A DNA stretch of 44,040 bases from Asterionella formosa (lineage: Eukaryota). The notes beneath the pieces are model-generated. The model was given only the letters and a program-made list of their open reading frames with translations. It did no database searches and was not told where the DNA came from. Where the stretch lies: the NCBI GenBank assembly GCA_002256025.1, contig NKIB01014383.1, positions 1 through 44,040 on the forward strand, read 5' to 3'. The translations under genes and the position numbers were made by a program. Shown here piece after piece: positions 24,404-36,029 of the stretch; position 1 is the stretch's first letter, and every line of letters starts with the position of its first letter.

Positions 24404-26262
24404 TCAGTACCGCCAGAACAAAATCACAGCGCCATACATCATTACTGACAAGATACAAGATGAACCCAAGGTCAGTGCCATGTATATGTAGGCTCTTTGT
24501 TGCTTTCGCCGATTCCTCAAAAAGCCATCGACTTCGCATACCAAGACACTCACAGTCGTGAACGAACTGATGAAGCCCACTTTGAATGCTCGTAGAAAGG
24601 CAGTCCGCCAAATGCCATTCTTATTCGTCATGTATTCGGACGCAATCAAAGCTATTGAGATGACGCTTCCCAAGACATTGACTGCCATAGTACCGACTGG
24701 CAGCCATGCCCACTTCCCTTTCAATGTACCGTTGAAACCAGAAATATACCACCGAATTAGGGCACCAGGAGGTGCGAACAATGTGGCATACATCATGGTG
24801 CGATAAGTGATGGCAAAGGGACTGACGCTTTGCATGACAAAGAAGACAGACGACAGCAGGACGCAACAGACTACCAAGAGAATGCAAGTTGAATACTCAG
24901 GTGTGAACAAGACATGATCGTCTTTGTGTTTGTCCTGTTTTACAGGTGCCATACCCTTGCACCATTTCTCCAGAGCATCCACGTCCCAGTTCAGCTTTCT
25001 CGCCTTAGCACCTGCCCGATGAGGGGCGAACACTCGACGCTCGACCAACATGGCGGTTTCCATTTCGATTAGAAGCTCGAGTTGGGGGTGTTTCACTCGT
25101 CTACTCTCTATCGTCGAATCTCTCCATCGGTACAGAAACAGTAAGCGATCCGAATCAAGAGAGTCAGCTCCCATGTCCATCACTAATCCGGGCAAAAATC
25201 GCCGCTCAAACTCTGGCAAACTTCTGTTGATGTACACACCGATTTCCTTTCGATCCAAAATCGCATCCATTTCCAAAGCATTCAACGGATTCCTCCACCG
25301 ATGAATCCAGATTGCAACTTTCTTTCCAAGAATATAAGATCCCAAGGCGGTTTCCATTCCAATGAAGTAACCAAACATGGCCCGCGTGACGTTGCTGGAA
25401 TGGGTCACACCGGTTCCATAGATTATGATCACCATTTGAGAGTTCCAACTGGAATATGTTGTGATGGAGCTACAGATTCCAGTTCGAATGACTAGGTGGA
25501 GAGTATCCCAATGTTGAAAGAAGGAATCCGATGCCGCCCACGCGATGGCAGCGTCTACTGGCAAGCCCAGGGTCGTCGTGGTTTGCATCATGCCCATGAT
25601 GAAGGATCCTAACATGTTTGCTGGCAATTCCTTTCAAAATAGCCAGGATTATCGGTGATTGGAATGTGAGCACTAGACTGTCCTGTTGCAATGAGATACA
25701 TTTTTCAACGTGTCCAACTCGGACTTACCGCAAAAACAATTCCATCTTGCTGATCTGTTTCTCCGCCTGCTTTGACGCAAAGGGGGGAGCCAGATGCCAA
25801 CCAACCCAACGTACCAGGGTCTTCACAATCATCTCCAAACGACTGCGCTATAAGGATTCTGATTAAACTAGCAAAGATCGCGGCGATGGACATCCATATG
25901 CATGTGACAATAACAGACAATTGCTCTGTTGTCATGCTTCCAAAGTATTCTGACGATGAGAAAAAAGTAAGAGAGGCATGTTCAGCGCAGGTCTGACAGC
26001 TCGATGTATTTACTAGTGCTCAGCAAAATAGGTCGTTAGTTATACACTCACCTGTCTTTGGCGTATTTTTGCATTGCTCCACCTCGTCATCACTCATGGA
26101 AGAGCTGCTTCCGATGGATTCATCCCAGGTGGATGCACTAAACGATTCGTATACCTTAGTTGCATCATGAGGTAGTATAGGGTCAAGACGCGGTCCTATC
26201 TTCACACTCGTTTCCGAGATGATCGCGATTCTAGGAGCGGAATTGATTGTTGACTTTCGCAT
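24404..26262 (-). CDS. FEX: FEX/CrcB-like fluoride exporter, two Fluc domains, divergent paralog, 3 exons
   Basis: Exons 26262-26052, 25949-25729, 25630-24404 in frame; LPANMLGSFIMG, GICSSITTYSSW, PGALIRW, GTMAVNVLGS, GFISSFTTVSV. Confidence 0.85.
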
Positions 26263-27055
26263 GCTGTTAAATCAGAAATTTAGGAGCGAAGAACAATTTG
26301 ATTTTTCATTCCAGATATTTTTTCTGTGTGCGTAGTGCGTACCTCTACCGGTAGTTTGGTAAAACCACCGGAGGACCCGGCAGAGCCTTTGCCCCTAAGT
26401 AAATGAGTACCTGTGGTACTTTCTATGTATGCTATATAATACTGATAGGTTACATGGGGAGAAGTGTTTATGAATATTCTTTATCATATGTATAATATAT
26501 ATATAAATAGAATTGAGCGAGACGAACTCTTTTTGTTGCTCCTTGGATGGAGAAACGAAATCACAATTGTGATGATGCGTAACAAACTACGGTACGTATA
26601 GGTAGGTGAGCGCCCGCACAATATTTCCATCCCCACAAATGACACTATGTATCGATATTTGAGAAAAACAAAGGTTGCCATGCTGCAATTGATTCCAAAT
26701 TTTTCCGACATTACAAGCATACCGAGACCCCCCCCGCAAGCTTTCAACTTTGGCAATGGAGCAAGTGGTAAAGCGATTTCTCCTCGGAGAAACAAACCAC
26801 ATTACTTCCCATGCATTACGACAGCCGTTCCAGAAATGATAACGTTAAACAACATGTATGGGGGCAAATAAACCGATGCATTTGCTTCATATTGCCACCA
26901 CCAGCTGATTCAATTTGCCACTGAAACATTGAGAACGGAAGGAGTACTTCAGAGAAGTACAAAAGATGAATTTAGAGAGGTTGTAGGTCGCCCGCACAAA
27001 TAGCTAATCCACTCTATCATCAAAAACAAACCCATTTTATTAAAATACAAAACTC

Positions 27056-28900
27056 CTAATGGCGACCTGATCCATACACTACTGCAGTATACATGAGCAC
27101 CGACAAAATGCAAGACAAACTCAAAGACAATCCCATATACACATATGCTCTGTCTTGCATCCTTGGATTCTTCATTAATTCATTGATTTCCGATACAAAG
27201 GTACTCACGGTCGTCAATGATCCAGTAAAACCAATTTTGATCGCTCGCATGGAAGCAATTGGCCAAAATCCACTGGTGTAAGTGATATATTCGGCTGAAA
27301 TCAAGGCGATTGACAACATACTTCCTACCACATTGGCAGTCATGGTACCGGCCGGTAGCCACGCCCAGTTTCCTGGCAGTGCGCCGTTAAAGCCAGTGAG
27401 ATACCACCGAAGTAGGGCACCAGGAGGCGCTAACAGTGTTGCGTACACCATCGTACGGTAGGTGATGGCGTAAGTTGTTGCACTTTGAATTGCAAATAGG
27501 GCCGTCAGGAGACCAAGGAATAATAGAAACAGAATTAACGCCGAAAGCTCCGGAGTAAACAGGACAGAATCATTTTGATTCTGGTCTCCTGGTGGAGGCG
27601 CCATTCCTTTGCTCCATTGTTCCAGGGCATCCACATCCCAGTTCAAAGTGCGTGCTGTGGCCCCTGCTCTATGAGGGGCTGCCGGGCGTCGATCGATCAA
27701 AATGGCAGTTTCGATTTCGATCAGCATGTTGAGTCGAGGGTGCTTGACCCTTCTGGCCTGCACAGTGCTCTCCCTCCATCGTTCCAAAAGCTGCAAACGC
27801 TCCACATCTTCCATCTCGGCCCCCATATTGTCCATATTTAAATTGGGCAAAAATCGGCGCTCAAATTCTGGCAAATTTCTGTTAATGTATACGCCTTCTT
27901 CCTTCCGATCGAAGATTGCATCCATTTCCTTTCCGTTCAAAGGATTTCTCCAACGATGAATCCACAACGCGAACTTCTTTCCGAGCACATAGGAACCCAA
28001 TGCCGTCTCCATTCCAATAATGTAACCAAACAAGGCACGAATGACACTGCTGGAATGTGAAACGCCCGTTCCAAACATAATAATAACCATTTCGGAATTC
28101 CAACTGGAATAGGTGGTGAGTGAACCACAGAATCCAGATCGGATGGCCAAATGGAAAATGTCCCAATACTGGAACGAGGAGTCCGGTGCAGCCCATGCAA
28201 TGGAAGCATCTATTGGCAAGCCCAGGGCGGGAGCTGGTTGCATCATGCCCATGATGAAGGATCCCAACAAGTTGGCTGGTAAATCCTGAATAGCAGTGAG
28301 TTATAGATCAAGATTTTAGGAAAAGAAAGATACGAGTGTGAGAACCAAAAGCACGCCCCAGAAGACCTGTCGCCCCCGTCCTTTTACCAAAATTCGAACG
28401 TACCGCGAACACAATACCACCCTGCACGTCCGCATTTCCACCAGCGGTGACACAGAGAGGAGACCCAGCTGCCAACCACCCGACAGTTCCAGGATTAGCG
28501 CATTCTTCTCCAAAGAGCTGTGCGAGTACAATTCGAAAGAAGCAACCAACCATGGCCGCAACAGACAACCACACGCAAGTGACAATCCACTTGAGAGTCT
28601 CTGGTGTCATTTTTCCAAAGTAGTCTGACCACGACACGGAGGACACATAACGAGTTAGTAGTGAAAGCGCTGGGGACCTGACTTGTTGATCCGAACTAAT
28701 TCCCATACAAAGTGCTCACCGGTCCTGGGCAAATTCTTGGACTGCGCAATTTCCGGCGACAATCCACGCTCCATCTCCTCTTCATCCCTAGTTTCACCCC
28801 AAGTGGATGCAGTAAATGATTGATATGGAATCTCCGCTTCGTCTTCTGGATGCGGGGAAAGACCATCATCGTCCAAGGGGGCCGTGTTGGATTCCGTCAT
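27056..28900 (-). CDS. FEX: FEX/CrcB-like fluoride exporter, two Fluc domains, 3 exons
   Basis: Exons 28900-28720, 28624-28404, 28285-27056 in frame; DLPANLLGSFIMG, GFCGSLTTYSSW, PGALLRW, GTMTANVVGS, GFTGSLTTVSTF. Confidence 0.92.
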
Positions 28901-29671
28901 GGTCAACAACAACTTTTCACTAAATAAATTACCAGTGTACCAGTTATGGATTTGAGAATAACGCCCAAGTCGAACGTTGGCCTACATACCATCATCCTTA
29001 TTCTGATAAACTATTACATCGTACGTCAGGTTTTGAAACACTGCAAGTCGGGGGCGGTGAAAGGACAAAATCGGGTCCATGTAATGCAATTTATCTAGCT
29101 ATGAATTTTATAATACTGCAAACAAAATAACGGTCAAACAGATGTTTACCCGTTACACATCGTGATGTGCTTCTTCCTCCGCAGCAGGAGGAGAAGGATC
29201 AGTTCTACATTTCGGTAGATACAAACATGTAGAACAACATCTGGCATGTGCTTGGCTGATAAATAAAGCACATCTGCCTGCTGGAACATTTTTATATATG
29301 TATATATGCATCATATGTGGAATCCTAAATGACAACAAAGGTGCGCGTCACCCTCACAGTGTTCTGTACAGCATGGGGCTGCAGGAGTGGAGTCGGAGTA
29401 CCGGTAAGTGCTACCGGCAGTCCAGGTGCTCCGACTGGTGAGTACCAATGACCTGTATGAACAAATCCAAGGGCGGCAACCAGGTATTACCACTACGTAG
29501 CTACACCATCATGCTCACGACTTGCAGCATCACTGCTTTTGGAGTTCGTAGTTTTTCATGTTATTGTCAACGAATATATTAACAGGTATACCTGTGCTGG
29601 TACTACAGCTTTGTGACAGACACTGCTCATCATTGCACACCCCTGTCATTCGGTGAGAGGAGCAACTGACC

Positions 29672-31801
29672 ATGTCGTCGTATGCTTCTGCAGCGGGGCC
29701 TCCGTCCAAACAGGCATCGTTAAACCCATCGGCTGATCCAGGAGATTCCTTGGAGTGCGATTTCTCGGACTGCAAAACAGCAGCCATCAACGAAGAACTC
29801 GGCAGCTACATTTTGGGCACATTAATGGTCAGAGTCGTGGCAGCCAGAAAGTTATCATTGGGGAATCCCCAAAGCAGTAAGCAACGAAGAGATAGGGCTG
29901 CTATTGTTAATCCATACGCCTCCGTGAGATTTTATTCGCAGTCTCAACGAACCACGGAATGCTACTCAACGTCAGATCCCATTTGGCCTCGAGGAGAAAC
30001 AATGTTCATGGACGTGACGTTGCCCCTACACATGGCCAGTTACAAGGACCAGAAAACAGCACCACTCAGTGACATTGTCACTGCCACACACCAACTTGAA
30101 CTCGAGGAACCCGTCTTGACGATTGCACTCTTTCACAACAACAATGACTATGGAAGTACTATCATGAAAAAGGGCAAAAAAGGGAAGCAACAAATTGACG
30201 GAGATTCGGATGAGCCCTTTTTGGGAATGGCATCAGTCAACATCAGAAAATTACTGACTGGCAAGATATCGCAAATCGACGAATGGTTAGAACTTTCAGG
30301 TGGAGGTACCGGAGCTGTCCGATTAGTTCTGGAGTACGAACCCGCCGATCCGCCCCCGCGACCCGGCGACACGGTCCGATTCACCAGATTTTGTAACCCC
30401 CGAGAATTATACCCCATTCCACACAACCGGACCTACCAAGTTGTTTCGGCGGACGAAACCTTTGCCACTCTTTCCACAATGTCTCCTGAAGGATGGGTAT
30501 CCACCTTCCAAGTTCATCGCCACATGCTCCTCTGCGAAGAACGTCACCAAGGTGCAGTACAGTTTTGTCACGACGAATTGGAGCTAGTAAAACTGCGGTT
30601 TGCTTATTCACCCATGGTACACACTCTGGGTGAAACCATACAAAAAGTGCCTGAAGAAGGATTAATTAATGTCAGTTTCGGTGCGCTTCAAGGAGGCATG
30701 GGATTGTTGGGGCGGTGGTGGCAAGGTGGAGTCGATACGGCCATGGGGGATATTATGCACGCAACCAATTGGGATGGTCGACATGATCCGGAATTAGAAG
30801 AGGGGAGTGAGTCGGATGACGAAGAAATGGATCGTAAGCCTGCTTCCAAACCTATGCTCGTACAAGGTGACGGCGAGGACGACATCGAACCGCTTCCTGG
30901 AATGCCGTGTTGTCCAATCACAGGGCAACCAATGCGATACCCCGTTGTAGCCGGAGACGGGCACACCTACGAGCGTTCTGCAATCGCAAGATGGTTGCAA
31001 AATTCTGACAAATCGCCCCTGACTGGTTCGCTTTTGCCTCACAAGGAGCTTGTGCCCAACTATGGTTTGATAAGTAGCTTGGAAGACGCGTCACGAAAAC
31101 AAGAAGAAAACGAAAAATCAAAATTAGGGGAGTCCAAGTCCGCAGCTTTGGATCATGACGTTTTTGAATTGAGAAAATCTGCACCAAGCATTAATATGAT
31201 GACAGAGTCAATGCCGGCAGCGTTGGAGAATAATTATTCTGACCAGAGAATATCTGCACCAAATGTTATTGCCATAAATGAGTCGATGCCAGCAGCTTTC
31301 GAGAGCAGAGCTTTTGAAGAAAGAAAATCTACACCTCGTGTTGCTTCCAAAGGGGAGTTGAAGCCCGCAGCTCTGGTGAATGACGGTTTTCAAGAGAGGC
31401 AATCTGCACCAATTGTTATTTCCTTAGAGGAGGTAAAGCCCGCAGCTCTGGACAATGACGGTTTGGACGAGAGACAATTTGCACCAAATGTTATTGCCAT
31501 AGAGGAGTTAAGGCCCGCTTCTTTGGAGAAAAGCGACAGTGAAGCGAGAACTTCTGGACCAAGTGAAATGGCGGATGAGTGGAGACCCATCAATGATACT
31601 GATGCGGAATCAGCGTTCGAGAACGCTATTCATCCTAATCAAGATGATGAATGGAATCCTCTTTGCGTTGAGAAAGTAAACGGAGAATGGGAAGTGAAAA
31701 TTTCTCCGAACGAGAACGACAATGAGTCACACGGAACAAGAAAAGTGCACGTTAATTCCACATCAAATTCCGGCAACGCCTGCGAGACCGCGGAAGTGTA
31801 G
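29672..31801 (+). CDS. C2 domain plus U-box protein (putative E3 ubiquitin ligase) with C-terminal repeats
   Basis: C2: GTLMVRVVAARKL, NPYASV, DPIW, FLGMASV, DEWLEL, GAVRLVLEY; U-box: CPITGQPMRYPVVAGDGHTYERSAIARWLQNSDKSPLTG...LVPNYGL. Confidence 0.9.
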   Translation: MSSYASAAGPPSKQASLNPSADPGDSLECDFSDCKTAAINEELGSYILGTLMVRVVAARKLSLGNPQSSKQRRDRAAIVNPYASVRFYSQSQRTTECYSTSDPIWPRGETMFMDVTLPLHMASYKDQKTAPLSDIVTATHQLELEEPVLTIALFHNNNDYGSTIMKKGKKGKQQIDGDSDEPFLGMASVNIRKLLTGKISQIDEWLELSGGGTGAVRLVLEYEPADPPPRPGDTVRFTRFCNPRELYPIPHNRTYQVVSADETFATLSTMSPEGWVSTFQVHRHMLLCEERHQGAVQFCHDELELVKLRFAYSPMVHTLGETIQKVPEEGLINVSFGALQGGMGLLGRWWQGGVDTAMGDIMHATNWDGRHDPELEEGSESDDEEMDRKPASKPMLVQGDGEDDIEPLPGMPCCPITGQPMRYPVVAGDGHTYERSAIARWLQNSDKSPLTGSLLPHKELVPNYGLISSLEDASRKQEENEKSKLGESKSAALDHDVFELRKSAPSINMMTESMPAALENNYSDQRISAPNVIAINESMPAAFESRAFEERKSTPRVASKGELKPAALVNDGFQERQSAPIVISLEEVKPAALDNDGLDERQFAPNVIAIEELRPASLEKSDSEARTSGPSEMADEWRPINDTDAESAFENAIHPNQDDEWNPLCVEKVNGEWEVKISPNENDNESHGTRKVHVNSTSNSGNACETAEV
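31133..31570 (+). repeat. Coding tandem repeat, ~6 x 75 bp (25 aa)
   Basis: Units SKSAALDHDVFELRKSAPSINMMTE / SMPAALENNYSDQRISAPNVIAINE / SMPAAFESRAFEERKSTPRVASKGE / LKPAALVNDGFQERQSAPIVISLEE / VKPAALDNDGLDERQFAPNVIAIEE / LRPASLEKSDSEARTSGP. Confidence 0.85.
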
Positions 31802-32158
31802 CGAGAGAATTACAACAAGACTCATAGAATATGTTTACTAGTTTCTACCCGAAAGATTTAAAAAATTTGTCAGCACTGTTCTGTCGGAGTTGCAGCTGAC
31901 AATCAATGATGCCTAAGTAGCTCGATCACGGAGGTTTCAACAAGGACTTGGATGCGAAGCCACTTCAAAAAATATAGTAAATCTTGCCCAAGCCGTGTCT
32001 GTCAAAACAAGAAAGTGACCACAAGTGTGATCATATGAGCATTTCTTCATCATTTTTGTCTCTGAACATTACATGCGTACGTTCCATAGGCGAACAAAAT
32101 GTGGACAATTTTCTGTTCGTCGCGAGCATACAATAAAGCTATTTAGAGCATCCCGCAA

Positions 32159-32761
32159 CTATGGAACTTCCAATTGTCGCTGATTTCGTGCGTACACCAG
32201 ACGCGTATAAGTATTGCCTCCTTCACTACGGCAGGTTGCCTTGCTCACTTCCACAAAGTTCCGATCCCAAATATATTTCCTGGGAAACAATGCAACTTTC
32301 GCAGGATTGTCATCTGTCCTAAACGCAGAAGGATCCAAGTCAAGATCCAGCACAGTCAGGTGAAGTTCCTTGGCCGACTTGTGTCTCAGTGCTTCTTCAT
32401 ACAAGCGCTCTCCACCGGCGACCCAGCAGTGAATGTTATTTTCGTCAAAAGTTGCAAGTTCCTTGGCCATTTCTAAAGCTTCTGGGAATGAACGAGCCAC
32501 CTTTACTAGATCGGATCCTAATGTATCATCGGCAGTGGTCGAGACAACAATGCAAGACTTTGCATGACAAATATGACATTCATCTGTCTCCTCGTTGTAC
32601 GTGTTGCGCCCTATAATTAAAATCTTGTCTCTGGTCAGCTCCTGGAAGGTAGTTCGATCTTCAGGGACACTCCAGGGTAGCCTTCCATTGATTCCAATTA
32701 TACGATTTCTTGACATGGCTGCAACAATACCAAATCTTGGAATTGAGGGAAGTATGGTCAT
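32159..32761 (-). CDS. DHFR: Dihydrofolate reductase, monofunctional
   Basis: IVAAMSRNRIIGINGRLPWSVPED...F..LT....IIGRNTY, CWVAGGERLYEEAL, LHLT; stops after 200 aa with no thymidylate synthase domain; true start could lie upstream. Confidence 0.88.
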   Translation of the reverse strand: MTILPSIPRFGIVAAMSRNRIIGINGRLPWSVPEDRTTFQELTRDKILIIGRNTYNEETDECHICHAKSCIVVSTTADDTLGSDLVKVARSFPEALEMAKELATFDENNIHCWVAGGERLYEEALRHKSAKELHLTVLDLDLDPSAFRTDDNPAKVALFPRKYIWDRNFVEVSKATCRSEGGNTYTRLVYARNQRQLEVP

Positions 32762-33334
32762 TTCGGAAGACTGGGGACAAATATTCGTTCACGAATGGAG
32801 GAGATGTAAGCAGTTGTCAATGAAATGAAGTGATTGGAGTGATGTCCACGACGCTACAGACTTGCCTCATGGTTTGATTGTTCGGTTGCCTTTGCCTTCA
32901 TACTTGCGTTATCTCCTGGGGAACACCATGATAGCGCCTTGACAGAAAATGTTTTCCTACTGAACACACTAAGAGCGGTTGTCGGCCGAAAATGAAATGA
33001 TATGGAATGCATCATTGTTGTGTGTGCAGGTCACAGTGAAGCTGGAAGAACAAGAATTGAAATAATGTATACCTGATGCCACAACATGGATACTTTATTT
33101 TCGTCCTTGTTATTATACCTGTATTTACAGAAGCCAGTCTGTCGGCCGAATATCTGGTGAACGGCGAACACTAAAACATATGTACATACACCTCAATAAT
33201 CCTATAGTGCATACCTTCTATCATCCGGGTATTTTGTATGTAAAATTTTAGCATTCGATGTTCATGAAACTTGATACTCGCCCGGCCGGCACGGGGACCA
33301 AACATTTACCGCAATTATATCTATGAGAAGCGCT

Positions 33335-33625
33335 ACCCGGTATCGGGATACCTGGTACCTGGTAACAGGTACCGGTATTCAACTTGGTGTTAATGTAGAC
33401 AAAAATCATATACCGGTACCGGTAGTACCGGTAGATACATTCATGCGTAAATGTTTACCGTATCGTAGCCGACCTGTATACAGAAATTCATATATAGAGC
33501 GGAATATATACCTAATTGATAGAACCACACTACCGGTACCATGTACTGTAGTATAGTACCTAGTTCCTGGTACCGGTACTACTTCTGGTGCAGGTACCAG
33601 GTACCTGCTACCAGGTACCGGTAGC
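33335..33625. repeat. Cluster of palindromic GGTACC/ACCGGT/CCWGG words in a divergent intergenic region
   Basis: e.g. GATACCTGGTACCTGGTAACAGGTACCGGTA, TACCGGTACCGGTAGTACCGGTA, GCAGGTACCAGGTACCTGC. Confidence 0.8.
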
Positions 33626-33668
33626 TAACAAAGATCATCTTATCTATTGGAACATGCCAAAATCGATT

Positions 33669-33736
33669 GACATCATCTGAACAAGAATATTGGCATCAAG
33701 GACATCATCTGAACAAGAATATTGGCATCAAGGACA
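33669..33736 (+). repeat. Exact 32-bp tandem duplication upstream of the MFS start
   Basis: GACATCATCTGAACAAGAATATTGGCATCAAG at 33669-33700 and 33701-33732, then GACA. Confidence 0.97.
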
Positions 33737-33781
33737 CAACAAAACACAGTACAGCACATAGCATTCAGCAAATGCAGTGAA

Positions 33782-35164
33782 ATGGACACTGAAAGCGTCG
33801 ATCACAAGAGGCTACGAGCATACCCCACGCTTTGGGCCTCGGTAGGTGTTCTGCAGACATTTCTGACAGCAGGTCTCGTCTTTGGATGGGCTTCCTTGCT
33901 GCCAATTTTGAAAGAAGAAGGAATAAGTCTGACGGCAAAAGAGTTTGCTAGTGTCTTTACATTTGGAGCAGTGGGAAATTACATTGCACCTCTTCCCTTT
34001 GGAATCCTTCTCGATCGAAGAGGTCCAAAGACATGTTGTTTAGTGGCATCTGCTCTCTACGCAATTGGACTGCTGCTCTGTTCCAACTCTACAGACAAGG
34101 TCTGCTTAATGTCAGGTTTTGGGATATTGGGTTTTGCTGGACCAGGCATTCAGGTTCCCACTCTTCATTTAGCGAAACTCTTTCCTGGTGATTCCAAAGA
34201 AGGTGGCACAGGAGGAGCTGCCATATTCATGAGTTCTCAGGCAGCCTCCTTTGATGGTGGGACTGCCATTTTTGCAATTTTTCGACTGCTTTCAAGGAGT
34301 TTTGGCCTAAAGTCAAGCACATTTTTCATTTATTATTTGTTTGTACCATTGTTCACATTCATCACGGGACTTTGCGTGTGGCCGAATGATATTTTGCATG
34401 ACAAGGGTGGCAATGAAATTTTTACTGGAGTTGGATCACCTTTTATATCACGTCGCCCTCATGAGCGTAAGGCCATCAATATTCTGAAGGATGCCCCATT
34501 GGCTGTCATCTTTTCGCATCTCCCATTTTACTGCTTGGCCGCTTGGGTGTCTATTCACATTCTGAAACTCAATTTTGTAGTTGCAACGATCAATGATCAG
34601 CTCAATGGGAATTTTACTTCGGCAGAGAGCGAGAAGCTGATTGGTGTCTTTGGAGCAATGTTACCGTTTGGTTTTGTGGTGCTCCCAGTTGTGGCATTCT
34701 TGCTGAACAAAAAACCTCTAATTGCATTTCAATTGGCCAATGTAGTGGGGGTCATGTATGGTGTGGTGCTTGCCATCTTTCCTGGTAATGCCTACTTGTT
34801 GATGTTTGTCCTCTTTGTCTCAGTGGCAACATCTCGTCAGTTGGTGTATTCTACAGTCTTTCATCAAATCGGTGAATTATTTGGTTTTACCAACTATGGG
34901 GTCTTGCTGGGTTTGACAAACGTATGTGTCTCCACGTTTAGCACTGTCCAGACTCCACTGGTGAGTTGGTCCGAAGAGTCTGGGTCGTACTATCAGGCCA
35001 ACATGGTCTTAGTATTAGCGACCTTACCACTGTTTGTGATCGTCACACGGGCTTCTGTGAATGAGCATACAACATCAAGACAAGATCAAGCAAATGAACG
35101 AACAGGATTGCTTGAAGATGTCAAACCCGGAGAATTTCCTCGAAGCAAAAGTTATGTGATCTAA
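33782..35164 (+). CDS. Major facilitator superfamily transporter (SLC43/LAT3/FMP42-like)
   Basis: About 12 hydrophobic segments, AGLVFGWASLLPILKEEG, MFS motif A GILLDRRGPK, FGFTNYGVLLG; probable ATG at 33782. Confidence 0.88.
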   Translation: MDTESVDHKRLRAYPTLWASVGVLQTFLTAGLVFGWASLLPILKEEGISLTAKEFASVFTFGAVGNYIAPLPFGILLDRRGPKTCCLVASALYAIGLLLCSNSTDKVCLMSGFGILGFAGPGIQVPTLHLAKLFPGDSKEGGTGGAAIFMSSQAASFDGGTAIFAIFRLLSRSFGLKSSTFFIYYLFVPLFTFITGLCVWPNDILHDKGGNEIFTGVGSPFISRRPHERKAINILKDAPLAVIFSHLPFYCLAAWVSIHILKLNFVVATINDQLNGNFTSAESEKLIGVFGAMLPFGFVVLPVVAFLLNKKPLIAFQLANVVGVMYGVVLAIFPGNAYLLMFVLFVSVATSRQLVYSTVFHQIGELFGFTNYGVLLGLTNVCVSTFSTVQTPLVSWSEESGSYYQANMVLVLATLPLFVIVTRASVNEHTTSRQDQANERTGLLEDVKPGEFPRSKSYVI

Positions 35165-35956
35165 GAAGCCCTGCAAACAAAGTAGATTGATGGAGATTTA
35201 AGTGTAATCAATATTTGGAGTCAGTCATATCATACGTATGAAGCATGATTTTGAACTGATATTATTTAGGCCAAACTCTGACAACATAACAAATGACTGA
35301 CATAACGGGATTTTGTTTCTACACGTTGCAATAATATTCCACATGGCAATTTGTGTTTTGATTTTGACATGACATTATGTCAATCATATTCTCCAAGACA
35401 AATCATTGTGTTACTGCTGATGATGAACAGTGGATTCAAGAGAGCAGCATCTCAATTTGAGGTATACAGTCTCCTTTTAACTATCCTTCTAGCCTCCATA
35501 TATCGAACTCACTAGGGCCTGCTTCATACTACAAGCTAATACAGAAACCACCAATGTGACAACTACACATTTTGAAGTTTCCAAAACCGACGACTAAAAC
35601 AAACTTGTCGTGGACATTCCTGGTGTGTGATTTCTCCAAGACTTGTACTGCAAAAAAGGTTCATTCCCCCGAGATCCCACCCCTGAAGAGCTTGATTATT
35701 GGTACAATACTATATAAAACTGTTCCTCCCTTGGCGACAAATTGTCGACCTAAGATAGTGCGCTCCCACATCAAACGTATCATACGTACAACAGAACAGA
35801 TAATACCTAAAAGAAAGCTACTCGGTGATTCATATCCTGTTAACTACTGGTACCAGGTTCCTGGTACGTAAATACTGTTGCTGAACGTTGGAGCTGTAGC
35901 TCGTTTGTATTTTACTATTTTGTATCCTTATGTCCACTCATTATGTTCACATGCAA

Positions 35957-36029
35957 GGGGGATTAGCTCAGTTGGTAGAGCGCGTGCTTAGCATGCACGA
36001 GGTCGCCGGTTCGATTCCGGCATTCTCCA
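35957..36029 (+). tRNA. tRNA-Ala, anticodon AGC
   Basis: 73-nt cloverleaf: GGGGGAT/ATTCTCC with G3:U70, anticodon arm CGTGC-TTAGCAT-GCACG, T arm GCCGG-TTCGATT-CCGGC, downstream T run. Confidence 0.98.

Noticed and set aside
26484..26871. ORFs between the two FEX genes
   Set aside because: Short, on both strands, with no motif or similarity to FEX
33335..33736. CRISPR-like reading of the palindrome clusters and the 32-bp duplication
   Set aside because: No constant repeat with unique spacers, no cas genes, eukaryotic context
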